Source of the DNA: Vulcanimicrobiota bacterium | GTDB lineage: Bacteria; Vulcanimicrobiota; Xenobia; Xenobiales; JADMJV01 | Direction of reading: 5' to 3' | DNA: 64,000 nucleotides | NCBI GenBank assembly: GCA_050250895.1 | Contig: JBFWNU010000001.1 | Span: 2,150,210 to 2,214,209 of the forward strand | In this document: piece after piece, positions 9,505-17,687 of the stretch | Position numbering within the stretch: the stretch's first letter is position 1 | How the letters are laid out: each line of letters opens with the position of its first letter | Program-made: the position numbers and the translations under genes | Notes under the pieces: model-generated | The model's input: the letters and a program-made list of their open reading frames with translations, nothing else | The model's database searches: none | What the model was told of the DNA's origin: nothing

Positions 9505-10410
9505 TTGCCTTGGTCGGGCCGGCGGGCCGGCGGGCCCAACCGGGGTTCACCCCGTGATTTCACGGTGTGGACAAGCTTTCAGCGTCGATTCAGGGCCGCC
9601 TGGCAAGCTGGGGGCATGATTGGTTCCGTGTCCGCATTTCGCCCCGGGCTGCCGGCCCGCACCGCCAGCAAGGCTACGGATGAACTCGAGCAGCGCATCG
9701 AGATGCTCGAGACCCTGTCTCGTTCTCGTGGGGGCAGCGAGTTGCAGGAGAAGATCAAGCAGACTCGGGCTTTACTCGCCGAGGCTCGCAAGCCCGACCT
9801 GACCTTCAGCGACCAGACGAAGACCGAGGTCCGCGACTATCTCAAGGGCAGTCAGGTACTACCCCAGGCTTTCGACACCCACCAGAACGAGCAACTCGAG
9901 GTTTTCGGCAAGCTCGTCCAACGCGGGATGCACTTCCGCCGTTCCGGTCAGGAATTGCCCCCCGATCAGGCATTTCTCGGGCTCATCGCCAAGCCTTATC
10001 ACGCCCTGGACGAGCAGATCTGTTTCCAGTGCCACCTTCCCCAGGGCATTCGTGCGGTTACCCTCAGGCCCCAATATCTGCCGGCCGTCAACTTCTTTTT
10101 GGAGCGCACCCTCGAGGGCGAGGTCTTCTATCGCAAGCCCGATGCCAAGTCGTCGATGTTCGACCCCCAGCCCAATCGCGACGGCTATGTCGAGATCAAG
10201 ACCGTAGATGATTTCGTCAGCCATTATCACGACCATCCCGAGCAAGCCGTGGTTCGCTTTGGGGGAGTTTACACCACTCGAGAGCAGATCCAGAGCGACC
10301 GCGACTACATCGCGGCGCTGGCCGCCAATCACGACAGCAATCTGATCGATGACCTGGGCGACCACCTGATGGTGGGTGGGGTCATGCTCGACAAGAACCC
10401 CGACTGGTAG
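9505..10410 (+). CDS. hypothetical protein (function unknown; convergent with the SagB gene)
   Basis: 301-aa ORF; the likely true start is the internal Met (MIGSVSAF...) at ~9616. No recognisable catalytic motif; contains CFQCH. Confidence 0.4.
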   Translation: MPWSGRRAGGPNRGSPRDFTVWTSFQRRFRAAWQAGGMIGSVSAFRPGLPARTASKATDELEQRIEMLETLSRSRGGSELQEKIKQTRALLAEARKPDLTFSDQTKTEVRDYLKGSQVLPQAFDTHQNEQLEVFGKLVQRGMHFRRSGQELPPDQAFLGLIAKPYHALDEQICFQCHLPQGIRAVTLRPQYLPAVNFFLERTLEGEVFYRKPDAKSSMFDPQPNRDGYVEIKTVDDFVSHYHDHPEQAVVRFGGVYTTREQIQSDRDYIAALAANHDSNLIDDLGDHLMVGGVMLDKNPDW

Positions 10411-10435
10411 TCGCGGCCGCGCCAGCGGCCATTTG

Positions 10436-11638
10436 CTACATCAAGGCGAACTCGGCCACCGAGCTTTCTTCTTCATAGACTGTCCCGGCCAGGCGGCAGA
10501 ACAGGTCAGAGTCGCCGTAGCCGAGGGCGCAGACCGAGAGGCCCAGGGCGGTGGCCACCAGATACATCGTTTGGAGGATGGCTCCGGCGTTCTTGAGGGC
10601 CAGCGAGTAGGCGATGGCGCTGTATTTCCAGGCCAGCGCGGGAAAGCGGGCCGCCATCGTGACCACCACCGCGGGCGGACGCTCGATACCCAGGGCCCAG
10701 GCGGCGTTGAACAGCATATCGAGGCGAGCCTGGGGGGCCGAGGAGAAGAGTTCCAGAGTGTGGTCCAGGGGATCGTAGCGGTAAAAGCCCGGCTCGAGCC
10801 CGACGCAGGCTCCCACCGTCAGATAGAGTTCTTGCTCGAAGATGGCTCCGGCGCTGGCGAAGGGGCGCAGCTTGAGGCCCGGCTCCTGGGCCCGGGCGCA
10901 GTAGTGCAGAAAGTCTCCCAGGCGTCCAAGGTCCAGGGGGGGTTGGCCGGGTTGGCGGCGGCTGCGGCGGTTGGCCAGCACCTCGTCGAGAGCTTGAGCG
11001 AGACGACCGTTGGGAGGGCCCAGAGCCAGGCGACCCTGGGGCTGGCGAGGCCGGCGCTGGGGGGGGTCGAGTCGGCCCGCAAAACGGCGGGTCGCTCCCA
11101 TGGGGTGGCGATGGCGGCCCCGTCGGGAGCGGGCGTGGAAGAACAGGTCGTGGAATTCCCAGACGGCCAGGTGAGGCGCTTCATCTTCGTCCGGCCCGGT
11201 GACGTGGAGGCCGCACTCGGCCAGCAGCTGGCAACCCCAATCCGGGACCAGCAGGGCGGGCAAAGCGCACGGGTCGAGGACCACAATCCTGGCCAGGGCC
11301 CGGGGTGACTCGATCAGCAGCAGGCGACCCTCGCGCCGGCAACAGGCAAAGCGCGACAACCGATAGGTTGCCTCGGGTTGGTAGGCCAGGGCTTGATAGT
11401 AGGGCGAGAGCAGTTGGCGGGCCAATCTTGGACCCTCGGCGGTGACCAGCACTTCTTCCAGGCAACCGTTGCGCAGCAACAGTTCGGCCCGGGTCAACAG
11501 TTCCACGGCCTGGTGGGGGGCAAGGGCGGTCAGCTGTTGACGGGTCAGGCCCTGCTCGAGGTCGGGGCTCAGTTCTGTCCATTGCCGAGGATCAGCTCCG
11601 GCAATCGCCCGCAGACGCACTTCAGACGTTGAGGTCAA
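10436..11638 (-). CDS. SagB-type FMN-dependent dehydrogenase (nitroreductase fold; TOMM azoline oxidase) with ~190-aa N-terminal extension
   Basis: C-terminal half has the nitroreductase/SagB pattern (PSAGAIFEQELYLTV...AWKYSAIAYSLALKNAGAILQTMYLVATALGLSVCALGYGDSDLF). The 5' end overlaps the upstream YcaO gene by 17 nt, indicating translational coupling. Confidence 0.8.
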   Translation of the reverse strand: MTSTSEVRLRAIAGADPRQWTELSPDLEQGLTRQQLTALAPHQAVELLTRAELLLRNGCLEEVLVTAEGPRLARQLLSPYYQALAYQPEATYRLSRFACCRREGRLLLIESPRALARIVVLDPCALPALLVPDWGCQLLAECGLHVTGPDEDEAPHLAVWEFHDLFFHARSRRGRHRHPMGATRRFAGRLDPPQRRPRQPQGRLALGPPNGRLAQALDEVLANRRSRRQPGQPPLDLGRLGDFLHYCARAQEPGLKLRPFASAGAIFEQELYLTVGACVGLEPGFYRYDPLDHTLELFSSAPQARLDMLFNAAWALGIERPPAVVVTMAARFPALAWKYSAIAYSLALKNAGAILQTMYLVATALGLSVCALGYGDSDLFCRLAGTVYEEESSVAEFALM

Positions 11639-13712
11639 CAGGGTTCACCTCGGCTTCGGGAGTGGAGGCGGTGAGCCAACCCATGGCCACCGGGATGTCG
11701 TAGAGGCGCCCCGGAGCCAGGCGACGCCAGTGGTGGCGCATGCCGGGCACCACCACTCGGGCCACGGGCAGGCCGACATCCGAGCGAGTCAGGTCGACCA
11801 CCAGCATCTCGAGCCCGCGGGCGGCTACCAGTTCGTTGATGGTGGCCAGCGGATCGGGCCAATCCGGCAGCCGCAGGTCTTGCCAGGGCCGTCGCTCGGC
11901 ACCGGGGCGAAGATAGGCCCAATCGTCTACGCACAGGTTATAAGAGCTGAGTTCGTCGCGCTCGGGCAGGCCGCGGCCGGGGCGCTGGGCCTGGGAAAGG
12001 GGTTGGGGCAGGAACTGGTTCATCTCGGTGAGGGCGCGCATGATGGCCTGGCGAGGGTCGTGGTGAGCTCCGAAAGCCAGCGTGAGCTGGTCGGGCTCGG
12101 GTGCGCGGCGGCGGCTGACGGCCACGCAGGCTGGGATGGCGAAGTCGGCGGTCACATCCAGCACCCAGAAATCGCGGTCCATCTGGTCATAGGCCCGACG
12201 CAGGCGCCCGAGATAGTCGTCATCCAGGCCGGTCAGGTCAATCTCGGGGCGGGTCAGCCGGTGATACCACCACATGGCCACGCTGTCTCGCTCGACCAGT
12301 TCGAAAAAACCCTGGACCACGGCGTCCTCGAAGCTCGCCCCGGCGGCGCAGCCGTTGGATTCACCCACTGTGTAGAGGTGGTCGGCTTCGGTGTAGCCAT
12401 AGTGGACAAAGCCCGCGGCCAGATAGCGCCAGCCTTGGTGGGTCAGCGACCAGGCCTTTACCCAACGGATTGGCTGGTTCTCGTCGAGGGGGCGGGGCAC
12501 TCGGAGCTTGGGCGAAGAAACGCGGCCGCCCCCCTGCTCGAACTGGCGCTGGCTAAAGAGCATACAATGGTTGGGATGGATGGCCCGCTCGCCCAGTTCG
12601 AGACAGCTGGCCACGCGGTGAGGCTCTTCGCCGCGCCACAGCGAGCTGTGGCGCTCGAGGGCTTCGGCCAGCGCACTGACCCGGGCCTGGGCCGCGGTGG
12701 GTCCCTTCCCCCCCGCGAAGCTCTCGCGTCGGGTCTTCCACTGCTCAAGACTTTTGGCCAGCTGAGGGCGCTGGTAGGTCGAGCGAAAGACGTGCAAATT
12801 GTGGCTCAGTAAGGGCTCGAGGCGGCTGACCAAACCGGTCAGCGGGCTGACGTGGTGGCTATAGGTTTGGTAGAAGGCCTCAGCATCGAGCTGGCGGGAT
12901 AGGTTGGCCGTGCCGAGCCGCGGCGGCCCCGGCTGGCCAGGCGCTTGTCCGCAACGGTGGCATTGCGGACGTCTTATCACGGTGTGCTCGTGACTCTGGC
13001 CGGTAGCGGTGGCGAAGGTCATCAGCTTCTCGAGTCCCGCTCCGGTGGCAGCCCGGATCAGCAACTTGTTGACCACCAGATTGTAGACCAGGGCCAGCGA
13101 GGTGGGCAGGGTTGGGGCGGGGGTCGGCCGAGAAACCACCAGGCAGCGCGGCTCGCGGTTGCGTTCGAGGCGGTGGGCCAGGCAGTGCCAGCAGGCTCCG
13201 GGCTCGCCCAGCACCGGACCCAGCCAGGCCTCGACTCCGCCGGGCTTGACCAAGAAGAAGGGGCCTTGCAATTCGCCCAGCTCTGGTTGGAGATAGTCGT
13301 CCACCAACACCACCAGGAGGCCTCCGTCGACCCCGACACTGGCTGACTTGAAGGCCTCCAGCAGTGGCTCGTCGGGTTGGCTCGAGAGATTCACCACGTT
13401 CACCGACAGGGGTGGGGGGGCGAGGTCCTGGGCCTGCCAGTACGGGTGCGTGTCGTGGTTGACCAGCAGGCTGTCGACCTTGAGTTGGACCACCGCCTCC
13501 AGCAATTGGTGCGAGGGATACTGGCTGGCGAGCGCTCGCACCAATCCGGTGAAATCGAGGCCGCCGTCGAGTAATGGCAGCAGGTCGTTGTAGACTTTAC
13601 CCTCGAGCAGACGATCGCCGCCATCGGTCAACAGTAGAACACCGGCCTGGTCTGGTAGGGGGGCCGCCGTCAGGTGAGCTTTTAGCCGCAGGGGGTGGGC
13701 TAGAAAGTCCAC
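11622..13712 (-). CDS. fused TOMM cyclodehydratase: E1/ThiF-like docking (C) domain + YcaO (D) domain
   Basis: 696 aa. The C-terminal half carries the YcaO ATP-binding signature (ESNGCAAGASFEDAVVQGFFELVERDSVAMWWYHR) and a proline-rich C-terminus typical of azoline-forming YcaOs. The N-terminal half is Rossmann-like E1-type without an obvious glycine loop, as in SagC/PatD N-domains. Begins 3 nt after the precursor ORF stop. Confidence 0.85.
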   Translation of the reverse strand: MDFLAHPLRLKAHLTAAPLPDQAGVLLLTDGGDRLLEGKVYNDLLPLLDGGLDFTGLVRALASQYPSHQLLEAVVQLKVDSLLVNHDTHPYWQAQDLAPPPLSVNVVNLSSQPDEPLLEAFKSASVGVDGGLLVVLVDDYLQPELGELQGPFFLVKPGGVEAWLGPVLGEPGACWHCLAHRLERNREPRCLVVSRPTPAPTLPTSLALVYNLVVNKLLIRAATGAGLEKLMTFATATGQSHEHTVIRRPQCHRCGQAPGQPGPPRLGTANLSRQLDAEAFYQTYSHHVSPLTGLVSRLEPLLSHNLHVFRSTYQRPQLAKSLEQWKTRRESFAGGKGPTAAQARVSALAEALERHSSLWRGEEPHRVASCLELGERAIHPNHCMLFSQRQFEQGGGRVSSPKLRVPRPLDENQPIRWVKAWSLTHQGWRYLAAGFVHYGYTEADHLYTVGESNGCAAGASFEDAVVQGFFELVERDSVAMWWYHRLTRPEIDLTGLDDDYLGRLRRAYDQMDRDFWVLDVTADFAIPACVAVSRRRAPEPDQLTLAFGAHHDPRQAIMRALTEMNQFLPQPLSQAQRPGRGLPERDELSSYNLCVDDWAYLRPGAERRPWQDLRLPDWPDPLATINELVAARGLEMLVVDLTRSDVGLPVARVVVPGMRHHWRRLAPGRLYDIPVAMGWLTASTPEAEVNPVDLNV

Positions 13713-13715
13713 CTC

Positions 13716-13943
13716 TTACGAGGCGGAATAGGTGCAGCCGCAGCTGTCGCAGCCGCCATCACAGCCGTCGGTGCCCGGACCAGCGTTGACCGCCAGGGTT
13801 TGGCGGATATCCAGTTCTCGCATGGCGGGGGTGATCCAGGGCTTTTTGCTATCGGCTGCGTCCATCTTCGCAAGTTCTTCGAAGGTGCTTAGCCTCCTTC
13901 TGGGGTTGACCGCTTGGATTGGCAAAGATACCATGCCGTCCAT
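13716..13943 (-). CDS. RiPP precursor peptide (leader + Cys/Ser/Thr/Asp-rich C-terminal core ...GTDGCDGGCDSCGCTYSAS)
   Basis: Small ORF immediately 5' of, and co-oriented with, the YcaO-SagB operon. C-terminal 19 residues contain 4 Cys, 4 Ser/Thr and 3 Asp in Gly-rich spacing, then stop. An alternative in-frame start at 13865 (MDAADSKKPWITPAMRELDIRQTLAVNAGPG...) gives a 49-aa peptide and avoids overlap with the divergent kinase gene. Confidence 0.6.
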   Translation of the reverse strand: MDGMVSLPIQAVNPRRRLSTFEELAKMDAADSKKPWITPAMRELDIRQTLAVNAGPGTDGCDGGCDSCGCTYSAS

Positions 13944-14796
13944 GGCCAGTCGCTACCGCGCCTTCGAACTCGAAATCACCTCTGAATTCCCCCTTCCAGC
14001 CGCGCCCGGCAGTGGCGACCTCGAGGCGGACGTAACCATCGTGGCGGGCCGGGTGCCCGGGAGTCTGAGGTTTCCGTCGGACACTGGTTTGTTATTTCAG
14101 GCGGCTCCCGATGAATTCTTGCTGTCGGTCGCGGGCATTGCCCGTTACTATGTCGAGGCGGGTCATCAGATCACCGTCGAGCCGGCCGCGGGCGCCAAAG
14201 CCGACGCGGTCGAGGTTTTTCTCTCGGGCTCCGCCATGGGGGCCCTATTGCATCAGCGCGGCCTGCTGGCCTTGCATGCCTCGGCGGTCGCCCTGAGAGA
14301 TATGGCCGTCGTGTTCGCTGGACCCTCGGGGGCCGGCAAATCGACCCTGGTGAGCACCCTGATAGGGCGTGGCTACGAGATCCTTTGTGACGATATCTGT
14401 GTCCTTCGCCAGGACCTGGTGTTGCCGGGTTATACCCGCCTGAGGCTCTGGAAAGATAGCCTGGAGGGATTGGGCCTCCAACCCGGGCGACGGATCCGCG
14501 AGGGTATCGAGAAGTTCGAGTTCGACCACTCGGGTCGCGCCGGCTCGCTGCCCTGTCGGCAACTGTTTTTGCTTGGCTCAGGAGAAGCCGTCATCGAGCC
14601 GGGCAGCCGTCTCCAGCATCTTATTCGCAACACCTATCGGCGCCGCTATTTGCGGGGTCTGGGCCGGCAGGAGCAACACTTTCAGGCCTGCGCCCGGCTG
14701 GCCGGTCGGCTGCCCATGGCCTGGCTCGAGCGCGGCCGCGTGTTCGGACAGCTGCCCGGGCTGCTGGAGGAATGGACGGGTGCGGCCAGGGGATGA
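13933..14796 (+). CDS. HprK C-terminal-domain-like P-loop serine kinase (RiPP-associated HPr kinase homologue)
   Basis: Walker A GPSGAGKST embedded in AVALRDMAVVFAGPSGAGKSTLVSTLIGRGYEILCDD, as in the HPr kinase/phosphorylase C-domain. The annotated ORF starts at 13732; the start is chosen at the internal Met 13933, divergent from the precursor. Confidence 0.6.
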   Translation: MPSMASRYRAFELEITSEFPLPAAPGSGDLEADVTIVAGRVPGSLRFPSDTGLLFQAAPDEFLLSVAGIARYYVEAGHQITVEPAAGAKADAVEVFLSGSAMGALLHQRGLLALHASAVALRDMAVVFAGPSGAGKSTLVSTLIGRGYEILCDDICVLRQDLVLPGYTRLRLWKDSLEGLGLQPGRRIREGIEKFEFDHSGRAGSLPCRQLFLLGSGEAVIEPGSRLQHLIRNTYRRRYLRGLGRQEQHFQACARLAGRLPMAWLERGRVFGQLPGLLEEWTGAARG

Positions 14797-15632
14797 GGCG
14801 GCTGGTCTGGCTGGCGTCTTACCCGAAGTCGGGAAACACCTGGTTTCGAGCCTTCCTGCGGGCCCTGTTCAGCGGCTCGGTCACTCTTAACGCGCTGGGC
14901 TTCGAGCACTCGGGACGGCGTCGCGACTATGACGAGCTACTGGGCATCGAGACGGCTTATCTTCACGATCATGAACTCGAGCTGCTGCGGCCGGAGGTCT
15001 ACCGGGCCAAAGCGCGCGAGTGCCCGCACCCGGCCCTGGTGGTCAAGACCCACGAGGGCTACCGCAAGCTCGGCGACGGCGGTTGCTTGTTTCCTCCCGA
15101 GTGTACTCGGGGAGTGGTCTATCTGGCCCGCAATCCTCTGGACGTGGCGGTGTCTTACGCCTTTCATCTGGAAGAGGGCGACTTCGATCAGGCTATCGCC
15201 AAGATGGGCAGCCAGCAGTCCTGGGGTATGGCTCGCGACCGCTACAGCCATCAGACCAGCCAGTTGCTGCCGGACTGGAGCACCCACGTCTCGGGCTGGC
15301 TCGACAATCACGAATTGCCGGTGCATCTGGTTCGGTATGAAGCACTGCTCGCGCAACCCGAGGCGACCTTCGCCGAGGCCCTGGCCTTTCTCGGGCTGGA
15401 GTACTCGCCGGAGCAGGTATCCCAGGCCGTCGAGTTGAGCAGCTTCGAGCGCTTGCGTGAGCAGGAGCAGCGACAGGGCTTCTGGGAGAAAATGCGAGTC
15501 GGGGTCGAGTTCTTTCGGCGCGGCCAGGCGGGCCAATGGCGTCAACACTTGAGTCCTGAGCAGAGGGACAGGGTGTTGTCCCAGCACCACAACGTGATGG
15601 CCAGACTGGGCTATCTTCCGGAGGGTGACTAG
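14772..15632 (+). CDS. PAPS-dependent sulfotransferase family protein
   Basis: 5'-phosphosulfate binding loop YPKSGNTW, followed by the RNPLDVAVSY 3'-phosphate-binding region. The alternative start at ~14793 forms an ATGA overlap with the kinase stop. Confidence 0.75.
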   Translation: MDGCGQGMRRLVWLASYPKSGNTWFRAFLRALFSGSVTLNALGFEHSGRRRDYDELLGIETAYLHDHELELLRPEVYRAKARECPHPALVVKTHEGYRKLGDGGCLFPPECTRGVVYLARNPLDVAVSYAFHLEEGDFDQAIAKMGSQQSWGMARDRYSHQTSQLLPDWSTHVSGWLDNHELPVHLVRYEALLAQPEATFAEALAFLGLEYSPEQVSQAVELSSFERLREQEQRQGFWEKMRVGVEFFRRGQAGQWRQHLSPEQRDRVLSQHHNVMARLGYLPEGD

Positions 15633-15939
15633 CCAAAGAATCGAATCACTCCCCATGGGTTTGGGTAGGGACGCCATTTTGGTGCGACATCGTCACGTGG
15701 TCTCGACCGAGCTACCGGATGGAGAGGCGGCTCTGATGGACATGCAGAGCGGGACCTACTTTCATCTCAACAGTGTGGCTAGCAGGCTGTGGCAGCTGAT
15801 CGCCGAGCCGATCTCACTGGCTCAGGTTTTGACCGCTCTCGAGGATGAGTTCGAAGTCGAAGCGGACCGCTGCCACGACGAGGTGGTCAGCCTGGTGACG
15901 CAGTGGCTCGAGCGTGGCTTGAGCCAGGTCGTCGCGTGA
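15625..15939 (+). CDS. PqqD-family protein (stand-alone RiPP recognition element, lasso-peptide B1-like)
   Basis: ~100 aa. Pattern LMDMQSGTYFHLNSVASRLWQLI...VLTALEDEFEV...VVSLVTQWLERGL typical of PqqD/RRE proteins. Overlaps neighbours on both sides (operon). Confidence 0.75.
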   Translation: MTSQRIESLPMGLGRDAILVRHRHVVSTELPDGEAALMDMQSGTYFHLNSVASRLWQLIAEPISLAQVLTALEDEFEVEADRCHDEVVSLVTQWLERGLSQVVA

Positions 15940-17687
15940 CCCTGGCTGGCTCTTCGGGTAGCCACGGAGTCTATCAGCTGGAATGGCCCGTCACCCCGTG
16001 GTGCCGGGACCGGGTCAGTTTGGTGGAGGGGCTCGAAAGCCGGGGGCTTGCGGTGGGGGGTCACGTGCGTCTGGACTATGGCAAAGAGCTGCAGGCTCGA
16101 CTGGGGCTGGCCGAGGGGACGTCGGCGGCCGAACTGGTGCTGGCCGCCTGGCGAACGCGGGGGCCCGATTGCCTGACGATGCTCTTTGGAGAATTCGCCT
16201 TTGCCGTCTATGACGGCGAGGCCCTCTGGCTGGTTCAATCCCCGTTCGTGCGCTGGCCAATCTACTACACCGAGACTGCCGAGGGCCTGGCCTTTCATTC
16301 CAGCGCCCGCGCCCTGCACCGCCTGCTGGACCGAGCACCTCGACTGCACGAGCGAGCCCTGGCCGCCTGGGCAATTCGGCAGCGTCTGGTGGAACCCAGC
16401 GATACCTTTTTCGAAGGGGTTTCGCGGGTCGAGCCGGCTGGATTGGTGAAGGTGGTCGAGGGGCGGGTGGTGAGCCGCCATTGCTGGTGGAAGCCAGTCT
16501 GGAGTCCGGCCCCGGCCGGTCGCGACCTGGCCGAGCTGGCTGCCCACCTCACCGATCAGGCCGTTCGCTCGCGGTTGGGCAGTCGACCGGTCGGGTGCTA
16601 TCTGAGCGGAGGCCTGGACTCGAGCACTCTGACGGCCCTGGCCTGCCGGGCGCTAGGGCAGCAGGGGCGCCGCCTGATAGCCTTCTCTTCGGTCTTGCCG
16701 CCCGGATACGCCGGCCCGGAGCGCGACGAGCGAGAGCCGATCGGCGTGATGGCTCGGCATTTCGAACTGGAGGTAGTCGAAGTGGTGCCCACTCGGGGTC
16801 CGACCTGCGACCTGCCGGGCCACACCGAGCTGGCCGAATCCCCCTACCTATTCCCCAAGCAATATGTCTTCGCGGCGATGCTCGAAGCGGCCCGCCGACG
16901 CGGCCTGGCCACCATTCTCGATGGCGGCTTCGGAGAGTTGACCCTCAGCCACGATGCGCCGACGGCCTTTGCTTATCTGGCTCGTCGGGGTCGCTGGCGC
17001 GAGCTGGCCGGATTGGTCCAGGCCTGGGCGCCGCGGGCCGGGCTGCCCTGGTGGAGAGTATGGTTCGCGACGGTGCTCAGGCCGCTTCTTCCAACGCGCC
17101 GAGTTCCGGCGCCCTGGCTGCCTCTGCAGGCCGACTTTGTGGCCCGCCAGGGTCTTCGCCCTCGGTTTGAAAGGCCCCGCGCCCAGGGGTGGTTGCCACC
17201 GATGGAAGGGCTGACATCGGTCCTGACCGCGGTAGGAAGCAGCGCCCTGCCGTTCTATGACCGCCATTTCGGGGTCGAGGTGCACAAGCCGTTTCTCGAC
17301 CGTCGCCTGATCGAGTTCTGCCTGACGCTCGACCCGGCCGACTTCTGGCTCGACGGCTGGCGGCGGGGGCTGGTGCGCCAAGCCATGCGCGACATCCTGC
17401 CGCGGGCCATCGTCGAGCGGACCGATCGGGGCGCTTTCGCGCCCGACTTCTTTGCGCGCTTTCGCCAGGGAGCTCCGGCCTTGCGAGCCGAGTTTGGGTC
17501 TCAGGGGCCCACCGATCTGGCCGCCCACTACTTCGACCTGGAAAGCCTGAGAAAGCTGCTTGACCAGCTCACCAGCCGTCCCGCCAGCGAGAAGTCACCC
17601 CAGGGAGCCCAGGCCAAGCAGGTTCTGCTGCGCAGCCTGGGGGGCGTCCGCTTTCTACGAAGTCTTCACTCCCAACCCGTCCAGTGA
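15903..17687 (+). CDS. asparagine synthetase (AsnB)-like PP-loop ATP-pyrophosphatase (lasso-cyclase / amidotransferase-like)
   Basis: PP-loop VGCYLSGGLDSST. N-terminal Ntn-glutaminase-like fold (GEFAFAVYDGEALWL) lacks the catalytic N-terminal Cys, as in lasso-peptide lactam synthetases. 594 aa. Confidence 0.8.
   Translation: MARAWLEPGRRVTLAGSSGSHGVYQLEWPVTPWCRDRVSLVEGLESRGLAVGGHVRLDYGKELQARLGLAEGTSAAELVLAAWRTRGPDCLTMLFGEFAFAVYDGEALWLVQSPFVRWPIYYTETAEGLAFHSSARALHRLLDRAPRLHERALAAWAIRQRLVEPSDTFFEGVSRVEPAGLVKVVEGRVVSRHCWWKPVWSPAPAGRDLAELAAHLTDQAVRSRLGSRPVGCYLSGGLDSSTLTALACRALGQQGRRLIAFSSVLPPGYAGPERDEREPIGVMARHFELEVVEVVPTRGPTCDLPGHTELAESPYLFPKQYVFAAMLEAARRRGLATILDGGFGELTLSHDAPTAFAYLARRGRWRELAGLVQAWAPRAGLPWWRVWFATVLRPLLPTRRVPAPWLPLQADFVARQGLRPRFERPRAQGWLPPMEGLTSVLTAVGSSALPFYDRHFGVEVHKPFLDRRLIEFCLTLDPADFWLDGWRRGLVRQAMRDILPRAIVERTDRGAFAPDFFARFRQGAPALRAEFGSQGPTDLAAHYFDLESLRKLLDQLTSRPASEKSPQGAQAKQVLLRSLGGVRFLRSLHSQPVQ

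Noticed and set aside
9505-10410. Considered as the missing lasso B2 (transglutaminase-like) leader protease
   Set aside because: No recognisable Cys-His-Asp transglutaminase core. It is oriented convergently to the RiPP operon, so is kept as a hypothetical protein.
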